Below, in pieces: positions 49,682-58,756 of a DNA stretch of 64,000 bases. The notes under the pieces are model-generated. The model saw only the letters and a program-made list of their open reading frames with translations, was not told the origin of the DNA and did not search any database. The DNA is from an uncultured Clostridium sp. (GTDB taxonomy: Bacteria > Bacillota > Clostridia > TANB77 > CAG-508), in the NCBI GenBank assembly GCA_947572725.1, contig CANPDB010000003.1:2296-66295 (forward strand), in the 5' to 3' direction. Both the position numbers and the translations under genes were made by a program. The number at the start of each line of letters is the position of its first letter. Within the stretch, counting starts at the first letter, position 1.

Positions 49682-51799
49682 TTGGCAAAAAATACGAAGA
49701 ATATAAGTAAAAGTAATATTAATTTAAGATTTAATATTTTAACAGTATTAACATATATAGTAGGAATTATACTAATTGCCAGACTATTTAATCTTCAAAT
49801 AGTGCATGGTGCTGAGTATAGGGAAGGATCTAATACAAGACTTACAAGAGAAAGTGTTTTAGAGGCATCAAGAGGTTCAATAATAGACAAAACAGGAACA
49901 ACCTTAGTAAATTCAAAAATGGAATTTTCTTTAGAAATGTATAAAAGTAAAGTTGATACTGAAGTTTTAAACCAATCAATTTTGAATATGGTAAATATAT
50001 TAGAAAAATATGAACTTGATTATGTGGATTCTCTACCAATAAAAGTGGAACCTTTTGAATATAAAATTTCTGAAAAAGAATTAGAAAATTGGAAAAAGGC
50101 AAATAACTTAGAAAATGACTTATCAGCAGAGCAGGCTTTTTACAAGTTAAAAGATAAATACAAAATTAAGAATGATGATATACAAGAAACAAGAAAGATT
50201 ATGACCTTAAGATATGAATTATCTCAAAAGGGATATAGTAGCACTAAAGCTGTTAAAATAGCTGGAAATATATCAAGAGAAGCTGTTGCAGAATTTAGTG
50301 AAAGTTCAGAAAAATTTGCAGGTATTAACATTGTAGTGCAACCTATAAGACAATATACTTCTGGAAACTTAGCATCACACATTTTAGGATATGCGGGAAA
50401 AATAAGTAGTGAAGAGTATGAAAAAAGGAAAAGTACTTACGGCAGTAATGACCTGATAGGAAAAACTGGAATTGAATATGTATTTGAAGAATATCTAAAA
50501 GGAAAAAACGGAACAAAACAAATCGACATGGCCGTTGATGGAACAACAACAGCGGAATATGTTTCACAAGAAGCAATAGCAGGCTCAGATATTGTATTAA
50601 CAATAGATGCTAATTTACAACACATAGCAGAAAATGCACTTGCATCTAACATTCAAAAAATATCTAGTGGAGGATTTGGACGAGCATATGATGCTAAAGC
50701 TGGTGCTTGCGTAGTTATGAATGTTAACTCAGGAGAAGTATTAGCAATGGCAAGTTATCCAGATTACAATCCAGAAGATTTTGTTGGTGGAATAAGTAAT
50801 GAAGCATGGAATAAATATACAAATAATTCAGCTAAACCACTAGTAGATAAAGCAATACAAAATTCATATTCACCAGGTTCAACATTTAAGATGATAACAG
50901 CTATAGCAGGACTAGAATCAGGAGCAATAAATTTAAATACAAAAATCAATGATACAGGTGTATATAAAAAATATGGAATTTCAATGAATTGTTGGTATTA
51001 TACAGATTACCATAGAGGACACGGATACTTAGATGTATCAGGTGCAATTGAAAAGTCATGTAACTATTTCTTCTATGAAACAGGAGATAGAATGGGAATT
51101 GACAAATTAGCAGAATTTGCTAGATATTTTGGACTTGGTGGAAAAACAGGAGTAGAGCTACAAGGAGAAACAGGAGGAGTATTAGCAAGTAGAGAAACAA
51201 AAAGTCAAATGCATCCAGATGATCCAAACTGGAATCCAGGAAACACTCTAAATGCTACAATAGGACAAGGAGATAATGAATTCAGCCCAATACAAATGGC
51301 CAGATACATAAGTATGCTCGCAAATGGAGGACACAAAATCGATGTTAGTATAGTAAAAACAATAAGGAATGCAGATGGGTCAGAGGTATCTCGAGAAGAT
51401 ATTAATAAATTTGTAAATAAAAAATTAGGGCTAGAGGAAGATACCACAGAAGAACTACAAATAAATCAAAATCATTTAAAGGCTGTATTACAAGGTATGA
51501 AATCTGTTACAAGTGATACAGAAGGAACAGCATACGTTAGATTCAAGGATTTTGATATAAGTGTAGGTGGTAAAACAGGTTCAGCAGAAGCACCAAATAA
51601 TCAAGTACATGCATGGTTTGTTGGATTTGCGCCATTTGAAAATCCTGAAATAGCAATAGTTGTTATGGTAGAAAATGGAGGTCATGGAAACTATACAGCA
51701 GAAGTAGTTAGGGATATTATGGCTGAGTACTTTGGAATGAATACTCAAAATATAGAAGAAAATATGAATGCAACACCATTTATAGAAATAATGCAATAG
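49682..51799 (+). CDS. mrdA: penicillin-binding protein 2 (class B transpeptidase)
   Basis: TTG start. N-terminal TM helix. Motifs STFK (GSTFKMIT), SCN, KTGS. Confidence 0.9.
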   Translation: MAKNTKNISKSNINLRFNILTVLTYIVGIILIARLFNLQIVHGAEYREGSNTRLTRESVLEASRGSIIDKTGTTLVNSKMEFSLEMYKSKVDTEVLNQSILNMVNILEKYELDYVDSLPIKVEPFEYKISEKELENWKKANNLENDLSAEQAFYKLKDKYKIKNDDIQETRKIMTLRYELSQKGYSSTKAVKIAGNISREAVAEFSESSEKFAGINIVVQPIRQYTSGNLASHILGYAGKISSEEYEKRKSTYGSNDLIGKTGIEYVFEEYLKGKNGTKQIDMAVDGTTTAEYVSQEAIAGSDIVLTIDANLQHIAENALASNIQKISSGGFGRAYDAKAGACVVMNVNSGEVLAMASYPDYNPEDFVGGISNEAWNKYTNNSAKPLVDKAIQNSYSPGSTFKMITAIAGLESGAINLNTKINDTGVYKKYGISMNCWYYTDYHRGHGYLDVSGAIEKSCNYFFYETGDRMGIDKLAEFARYFGLGGKTGVELQGETGGVLASRETKSQMHPDDPNWNPGNTLNATIGQGDNEFSPIQMARYISMLANGGHKIDVSIVKTIRNADGSEVSREDINKFVNKKLGLEEDTTEELQINQNHLKAVLQGMKSVTSDTEGTAYVRFKDFDISVGGKTGSAEAPNNQVHAWFVGFAPFENPEIAIVVMVENGGHGNYTAEVVRDIMAEYFGMNTQNIEENMNATPFIEIMQ

Positions 51800-51915
51800 G
51801 TTGCCAACGGTTCCGGGTTTTTTTGGCAACTTGTAATACATATATTTATTATTTATAGCTGAATATAAGTTTAATGTTGTAATAGTTGCCAAAAAAACCC
51901 GGAACCGTTGGCAAC
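51800..51915. repeat. family 2 paired-hairpin element with perfect 31-bp inverted ends
   Basis: GTTGCCAACGGTTCCGGGTTTTTTTGGCAAC (51800-51830) and its exact reverse complement (51885-51915). The 54-bp spacer begins and ends with TTGTAATA. Confidence 0.9.
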
Positions 51916-51939
51916 CTCTTAGCAAGGAAAGGATGTAAA

Positions 51940-52551
51940 ATGAAAAATTGTGTTAGTATTAACTTAAGAACAGACAAAATAGTAATCAAATTAAATGACG
52001 AAGTAGAACATAAAGATATAGTTGAATGTCTAAAAAAGAAATTACCAGAGCTTAAAAAGTTATATAAAGATGAGAAAACGCCAATTAACGTTACAGGAAG
52101 AGTACTAAAGAATAAAGAAATAAAAGAACTGGAATCACTAATTAAGGAAAAAATTGATGTTGAAATTGATTTTGATATGCCAAAGACTCTAGGGCTACAT
52201 AGCATTAAGAAAACTTTTGAAAAGGACATAGTATTGTCAGAGACGAAGTTTCACGTTGGTTCTTTACGTTCAGGAAAGAAAATAGAATCAGAGGGCAGTA
52301 TTGTTATTGTTGGAGATGTTAACTCAGGGGCAGAGGTAATAGCATCAGATAATATTGTAATACTTGGCACTTTGAGAGGGCTAGCGCATGCAGGAGCAAA
52401 AGGTAATAGGCAAGCAATTATTGCAGCAGGACTAATTGATACTGTTCAAATAAGAATTGCAGATATTGTAAAAGAAATAAATAGAGCTGAAGAGCCTATG
52501 CACAAACAATCCTGTGTTAGAATTATAGATGAAAAAATAGTAATAGAATAA
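51940..52551 (+). CDS. minC: septum site-determining protein MinC
   Basis: Start at MKNCVSINL after AAGGAAAGG. C-terminal beta-helix signature GSIVIVGDVNSGAEVIASDNIVILGTLRGLAHAG. Confidence 0.85.
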   Translation: MKNCVSINLRTDKIVIKLNDEVEHKDIVECLKKKLPELKKLYKDEKTPINVTGRVLKNKEIKELESLIKEKIDVEIDFDMPKTLGLHSIKKTFEKDIVLSETKFHVGSLRSGKKIESEGSIVIVGDVNSGAEVIASDNIVILGTLRGLAHAGAKGNRQAIIAAGLIDTVQIRIADIVKEINRAEEPMHKQSCVRIIDEKIVIE

Positions 52552-52632
52552 TTATATTAAAAGATATACTAATATCATATAGCAAATGAAACTAGCTTGT
52601 AATAAAAAACAACTAGTCCAAAAATAACAAAA

Positions 52633-53073
52633 TTAGCTTAATAGTAATAAAATTAATGCAATAAATAGCATTTCATCTCTAACGTCTTCTTTATACAAAA
52701 GAAAAAGCAAGCATAAAATAATAATATCATCTAAATATAATTTAATACCAAATGCTTCTATTATAGGACTATCAGAGTCAGAAAGACCATTAAAATCAAA
52801 GGCAAAAGGTAAAGAAAATAGGTTATTTATTTTAGGTGATGACATCTTTCTAGTATTAAGAAGGCTATTTCTGTTTTGTACAGAAGAGGAAGCCTCTTCT
52901 GTATTTGCATTGTTATGGCTTTGAGAATTATCATTTTGAGAATTACTATTGCTTATTTGCAAGTCCGTGTTTTGTTGCTTCTCAGAATGATTGTAATTAT
53001 GATATTGATTTTGATTATAATACCTGTAATACGGATGCTGAAAAGGAAATCCAAAGTACGGAAACCTAGCCAT
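52633..53073 (-). CDS. hypothetical Tyr/Asn/Gln-rich protein with C-terminal hydrophobic segment
   Basis: 146 aa. N-terminus FPYFGFPFQHPYYRYYNQNQYHNYNH, C-terminal LCLLFLL...IALILLLLS. Overlaps the upstream gene by 8 nt. Confidence 0.5.
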   Translation of the reverse strand: MARFPYFGFPFQHPYYRYYNQNQYHNYNHSEKQQNTDLQISNSNSQNDNSQSHNNANTEEASSSVQNRNSLLNTRKMSSPKINNLFSLPFAFDFNGLSDSDSPIIEAFGIKLYLDDIIILCLLFLLYKEDVRDEMLFIALILLLLS

Positions 53074-53587
53074 TGTTATTCTCCTTTTGGTTATCTTTGA
53101 AAATATCTGCCATTTTAGTAATATTAAGCAGATTTACATATTGGTCTAATTTATCTTTTTTGCCATCTCTAAGATATGGTTTTAAAGAATATAATAAATT
53201 TGCTCTAGGATCATTTTTATCATTCATTTTTCCTAAAGCAGAAGTTAATTTCATAATTGTTGCAGGATCAATATTATTAAAATCAAAACCAGAAGAATTA
53301 GAAGAACTATTAGAATTACTAGAATTATTATTTATATTACCATTATTATGATTATTGCTATTTTGGGAATTTGCACTGGTATTAGAATTAGGATTATAGT
53401 TAGAATTATTAGAAGCATTATTATTAGAACTATTAGAATTATTATTACTTAACATTTTAGAGACATTTTCTAACATCTCTGGAGAAATCTGTGATATAGC
53501 ACCTGAAAAGTCACCACTATCAACCATATTCTTGATGTTATTCATAGTATTCTCATCTAAATTTAAATTATTGCTCAAAGTAATCAC
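53066..53587 (-). CDS. hypothetical protein with a long Asn/Ser-rich linker
   Basis: 173 aa. Structured ends (ISPEMLENVSKML; LKPYLRDGKKDKLDQYVNLLNITKM) flank an N/S low-complexity core. Confidence 0.5.
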   Translation of the reverse strand: MITLSNNLNLDENTMNNIKNMVDSGDFSGAISQISPEMLENVSKMLSNNNSNSSNNNASNNSNYNPNSNTSANSQNSNNHNNGNINNNSSNSNSSSNSSGFDFNNIDPATIMKLTSALGKMNDKNDPRANLLYSLKPYLRDGKKDKLDQYVNLLNITKMADIFKDNQKENNNG

Positions 53588-53857
53588 CTCTTATAATATA
53601 ATATTAAAGTATGTAAGTATATATTAGTAAGATATGAAAAAAAATATAAATAGTTACAAATTTTAAAATATTACAAAATGTAACAAAAAAGTAATATATT
53701 TTTAATAATCACAAAAGAAAAATAGAAAAATAAATGTCCATACACAAAGAAGACATAATATGGAAAAATCGTAAAAAACTGACATTGAAATACATAAGAA
53801 GAATCTTATATAATATAAGAGAAGGATTAGATTTTATTGCAAATTAAGGAGGAAATT

Positions 53858-56800
53858 ATGAAAGGTAAAATTTTAAAGGCAAGTGTTATTATCTTATTAA
53901 TTATAACTATGACTATTGCAAATTTTATATTTGTAGGCAATACATTAATTAGTTATGCTTTAGATAATATAAGCACAAATAACAATAACATCGAATTTAG
54001 TGCATATTTTAGAAACGAAAATGGAGACGAAGTAACCAATATAGAAAGAGGAATAAATTCTTCTAATACAAATTTATATTTTCGTCTAAAAGTAAAGAAA
54101 CAGGGATACTTTAATGGGAAGATATTGCTAAATGAATCAAACTTTAAATTAGGAGAAGTTAAAAATACATACATAAACAAAATAGATGGAAATGTAATAA
54201 AATTAAATCAAATTAATGCAGGAGAAGATATTGAAATTGAGATACCAGTAGAATTTACTCGTACAGAAACATTTGATTTAAGTGTATTAAGTATGGAAAG
54301 TAAAATTAGATTAGAAGGAATATATAAAGATAGTAGTGAAAAAGATAAAGAAATAGAAGCTGATAAATCTGTAACTTTAAAAATAGTACCTGAAAACAGT
54401 TCTCCTGAAAATATAGAAAATTCTAGCAAAATACTTACAAATAAAACATTAACGGTTGCTGGAGAAGAAAAAAGAGTAGTTCAACTTTTATTAAATATAG
54501 GATTAAAAGATAATAATTATCCTGTTAAAGAAATTAATATAAGTACAAATGTACCAGATATGAATAAAGAACAACCACAAGTAACTACAATTTCTAACTT
54601 AAACACAATGACAAATTATCAAGATAATTATGAGAATAAACAATTAAATATCAATTTCCAAAACAATAAAACACAAGAAAACACTGTGTTATGGAAAAAT
54701 AGTGGAAGTGAATCAGTTGTATTAACTTACTTGTATAAAGCGACAGATATAGAAGATATAAAAATAAATGGAAAAATATCAGTAACTTTATATGATGAGA
54801 CAAAAATAGAAGCTGATTTACAAGAAATTATAGTTAATAAAGATGAGGAAAAAGAAGAGATAGTAACAACAAATATAGAGCAATCTGAAACAACAATGTA
54901 TAAAGGGAAACTTTATCAAGGAATTGATAGAGATTATGCAACAAAATCATCTATTAATGTAAATACAGAAAACATTATAAGTTATATGGAAATAAAAGAA
55001 AAACATGTATTTGTTAAAACTGCTGATTATGAAATAAATACTCCTTTACAAGGAACAACAGCTAATGTTATATACAAAAATACAATTATTAATAAAGAAC
55101 AATTATTTAACATATTAGGCGAAGAAGGAAATGCTGTTATAACAAACGAAAATGGAGAAACTATAACAACTATAACAAAAGATACACAAGCAGGAGAAGA
55201 TGGAAACATAGTAATAAACTATGGAGACGAAGGGCAAAAAGGAATTACAATAAAAACAACAGCACCTGTTAAAGGTGGAAGAATAGATATTACAAATTAT
55301 AAAACAATTAAGCAAAGTGATGAAAATTTAATAAGAGAAAGTATCAATTTTAATACTGCATTATTTGTTACAACAAATCTAAATGAAAACACAGAAGATA
55401 GAGAATATCCAAAACAAATAGTAAAAACAGAATTAAAAGATACAGTAACAGAAGCTACATTAGAAACAAATAGAAAAGAATTATCAACAGTTATAGAAAA
55501 TGAAGTTGAACTAAAAGCTATACTAAAATCTAAAAGTGAATCAAATGACTTATATAAAAATCCTATTTTAAATGTAGAATTTCCAGAAGATGTAGAAGAA
55601 ATTACAATAAATGATGTTTCAATTATGTATGAAGACGAATTAAAAGTAAAAAATTGTGCATTAGATGGACGAGTTCTAAAAATAGAAATTGAGGGAGAAC
55701 AAACACAATATAGCGGAAGTGCAGTTGAAGGAGCAAATATTGTAATTAATGCAAAAGTAAGATTAAATAAAAAATCTGCAACAAAAGATACAAAAATTAC
55801 AATGACATATGCTAATGAAAATGCAAAAGCATATGCAAATGAAGGGAGAGCATTTGCTGATATAAAAGTAGTAGCACCTACTGATGTAACAACAGTAACA
55901 ACAATTGAACAATTAAATGTAGAAGAAGTTAGCCAAGATACTACAAAAGAAGTTATGCTTCAAAGAGGTACAGAACAAAAAGAAATTACACCTAAAATAG
56001 AGGTAATTAATAATAAAAATGTAACTATTAAAGATGTTAAAGTACTAGGGAACTTCCCAACAGAAGAAGGAGAAGGAGCTGTTGGAATTAATCTTACAAG
56101 TCCAATTAATGTAGAAAATGGAACAGTATATTATACGGAAAATGAACATGCAACAGATGACTTATCAAACCAAGAAAATAAATGGAGTGAACAAATAGAA
56201 AATCAATCAGCAGTTAAGAAATACTTAATAGTAGCAAATGAAGTTAATTCACAAGATAGCATTATTGCAAGTTATAATGCAGTAATACCTGCAAACTTAG
56301 AATATAACGAAAATGCAAGCCAAGATTATCAAGTAACATATACAGATAGTGAAACAAACTTATATAGCACAGTAAAATCTACACAAGTAACAATGACAAC
56401 AGGTACAGGACCAAAATTAGAAGCTAAAATAACTGCAAAAGTTGGAAATGATGAAATAAAAAATGGAGACCAAGTAAAAGCAGGAGAAGTTATTAGATAC
56501 CATATAGAAGTAGCTAATACAGGAACAGAGACAGTGAATAATGTAACAATATCTGCACCAGTACCAGAAGGAACAACTTATGTACAAGCAAAAAAAGACT
56601 TTGAATTTGAAGGAGCTTCTTATTATGTAGAAGTTGACAAAGACAAATGTGAAGAAACAATTGATCAAATATCAGTGGGAGAAACGATTACAAGAGAATA
56701 TGAAGTAAGAGTAAATAAAGACATATCAGATGGAACAACTACAAGTAATAAATGTACAGCTAAATTTAATGATGTAACAACAGAGTCAAATGAAATTAGT

Positions 56801-58735
56801 AATATATTAAAATCAGGAGATATTAGAGTTAGCCTTAAGAGAATAACTACTAATGAAGTTATATTATACAAGAATCAGGTTATAAAATATTATGTTTTAG
56901 TAGAAAATTTAGCATCAAAACAACAAAAAAATGTAAAATTGAAAACAAATCATATTGATGGAATAGATGTAGAAAATATAGAATTAATTACAGGAAGTGT
57001 CGATGAAGAGCTGTCAAATAAAGATGGGCTAACTTCAACAGAGATTTCTCTTACTAATGAGATTGATCTAGGCGATTTTGCAGTAGGAGAAATGAAGTTG
57101 TTATATTATGTTATTAACCCTAAAATATCAGGAAAAATACATCTTTCTATGGTAGCAGAACAAGAAAACAATAAATATAGGTCAAATGAATGGGAAGATA
57201 CAGTTGTAGAAAAAAAAGCAGAAATTTCTATAGCCAGTGAGCAAAAAAAATATGTAAAAAGTGGAGATACAATAGAATATACAATAACTGTTACTAATAC
57301 AGGTACAGCAGAAATTGAAGGTTTAGTAATTAATGATGAAATAAGCCAATTCTTAGAAGTCAACAATATAACGCTAAATGGTGAAAAGATAGAACTTGAA
57401 GAAGAAAATAAAGTAGATATTGTAGTTGATTTGGAAGTAGGAGAAAAAGCAGTTGTTAAAATATTTACTAAAACAATAGATGAATCAGATATAGATGTCA
57501 ATTCAAATACAGTAATAATAACTAATAAAGCTATTTTAAAATATAGTGGAGAAGAAATTGCAAAGACAGAAGAGATAACACATATTATGCAATTAACAAA
57601 TCAATCAATATATGATGAAAATCCAGATGGTGTTGAAAATAATCCTAATGAAAATCCTGATGATAATAACGAAGGTAATGATATAACAAATGGAAAAAAT
57701 ATAATTAGTGGTATAGCATGGTATGATGAAAACAGAAATGGTAAAAAAGATGATAATGAAAAGACATTAAGTGGCATTACAGTTAATTTATTAAATTCTG
57801 AAACAAATAAATTAGTAAAAGATAAATCAGGAAATGTGATTACAGCAACAACAAGTGAAAATGGTACATATATAATAAATAATGTAGCTAAAGGAAAATA
57901 TATTGTTATATTTAATTATGATACAAAAGCATATACAATAACAAAATATAAAGCAGAAGGAATAGATGAATCAAGAAATTCAAATGCTATAATAAATGAA
58001 ATAACAATAGATGGAAATAGTAAAAATGTAGCGTCAACAGATATAATTCAAATTGTGGATAACAATATTTCTGATATTAATATAGGATTAATAAGATTAC
58101 AAAATTTTGATTTAAAATTAGAGAAATTTGTAAGTAGAATACTAATCCAAAATAGTGCAGGAACAACAGTAAAAGAATATAATGATGCTACTATGGCAAA
58201 AGCAGAGATACATTCTAAATTTATAAATGGTTCAACTGTAATTATAGAATATAAAATAAGAGTAACAAATGCTGGTGAAGTAGATGGATATGTTAAGAAA
58301 ATAGCAGACTATATACCAAATGATTTAAAATTTAGTTCAGAATTAAATAAAGATTGGTATCAAACTGGTTCAAACTTATATAATACAAGTTTAGCAAATG
58401 AAAAGTTACTTGCAGGGGAATCAAAAGAAATAACTCTATTATTAACAAAAACGATGACAGAAAATAATATAGGAAGAGTTAATAATACAGCAGAAATTGC
58501 AGAAGCATATAATGAGTTAGGATTACAAGATAGTAATTCTATACCAGGAAACAAAACTCAAGGAGAAAATGATATGGGTTCAGCAGATGTTATTATAAGT
58601 ATTCAAACAGGTGAAGCTATATTATATACATCAATTATTGTCATATGTGCGATTGCAATATTAAGTGGAGTTGCAATAATACTAGTTAAGAAATTAAAGA
58701 AAAATGAAATAGGTCAAAAGCCTAAGAAAATTTAG
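53858..58735 (+). CDS. giant surface protein: DUF11-type repeats, SdrD B-like domain, non-canonical sorting signal
   Basis: Start at MKGKILK after AAGGAGG. Repeated DUF11-like units (GEVIRYHIEVANTGTETVNNVTISAPVPEGTTYV; DTIEYTITVTNTGTAEIEGLVINDEI). SdrD-B-like ISGIAWYDENRNGKKDDNE...TSENGTYIINNVAKGKYIV. C-terminus is SIQTGE, a TM helix and KKLKKN. Confidence 0.8.
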   Translation: MKGKILKASVIILLIITMTIANFIFVGNTLISYALDNISTNNNNIEFSAYFRNENGDEVTNIERGINSSNTNLYFRLKVKKQGYFNGKILLNESNFKLGEVKNTYINKIDGNVIKLNQINAGEDIEIEIPVEFTRTETFDLSVLSMESKIRLEGIYKDSSEKDKEIEADKSVTLKIVPENSSPENIENSSKILTNKTLTVAGEEKRVVQLLLNIGLKDNNYPVKEINISTNVPDMNKEQPQVTTISNLNTMTNYQDNYENKQLNINFQNNKTQENTVLWKNSGSESVVLTYLYKATDIEDIKINGKISVTLYDETKIEADLQEIIVNKDEEKEEIVTTNIEQSETTMYKGKLYQGIDRDYATKSSINVNTENIISYMEIKEKHVFVKTADYEINTPLQGTTANVIYKNTIINKEQLFNILGEEGNAVITNENGETITTITKDTQAGEDGNIVINYGDEGQKGITIKTTAPVKGGRIDITNYKTIKQSDENLIRESINFNTALFVTTNLNENTEDREYPKQIVKTELKDTVTEATLETNRKELSTVIENEVELKAILKSKSESNDLYKNPILNVEFPEDVEEITINDVSIMYEDELKVKNCALDGRVLKIEIEGEQTQYSGSAVEGANIVINAKVRLNKKSATKDTKITMTYANENAKAYANEGRAFADIKVVAPTDVTTVTTIEQLNVEEVSQDTTKEVMLQRGTEQKEITPKIEVINNKNVTIKDVKVLGNFPTEEGEGAVGINLTSPINVENGTVYYTENEHATDDLSNQENKWSEQIENQSAVKKYLIVANEVNSQDSIIASYNAVIPANLEYNENASQDYQVTYTDSETNLYSTVKSTQVTMTTGTGPKLEAKITAKVGNDEIKNGDQVKAGEVIRYHIEVANTGTETVNNVTISAPVPEGTTYVQAKKDFEFEGASYYVEVDKDKCEETIDQISVGETITREYEVRVNKDISDGTTTSNKCTAKFNDVTTESNEISNILKSGDIRVSLKRITTNEVILYKNQVIKYYVLVENLASKQQKNVKLKTNHIDGIDVENIELITGSVDEELSNKDGLTSTEISLTNEIDLGDFAVGEMKLLYYVINPKISGKIHLSMVAEQENNKYRSNEWEDTVVEKKAEISIASEQKKYVKSGDTIEYTITVTNTGTAEIEGLVINDEISQFLEVNNITLNGEKIELEEENKVDIVVDLEVGEKAVVKIFTKTIDESDIDVNSNTVIITNKAILKYSGEEIAKTEEITHIMQLTNQSIYDENPDGVENNPNENPDDNNEGNDITNGKNIISGIAWYDENRNGKKDDNEKTLSGITVNLLNSETNKLVKDKSGNVITATTSENGTYIINNVAKGKYIVIFNYDTKAYTITKYKAEGIDESRNSNAIINEITIDGNSKNVASTDIIQIVDNNISDINIGLIRLQNFDLKLEKFVSRILIQNSAGTTVKEYNDATMAKAEIHSKFINGSTVIIEYKIRVTNAGEVDGYVKKIADYIPNDLKFSSELNKDWYQTGSNLYNTSLANEKLLAGESKEITLLLTKTMTENNIGRVNNTAEIAEAYNELGLQDSNSIPGNKTQGENDMGSADVIISIQTGEAILYTSIIVICAIAILSGVAIILVKKLKKNEIGQKPKKI

Positions 58736-58756
58736 AGAGAAAGGAGGGAAAAATAT

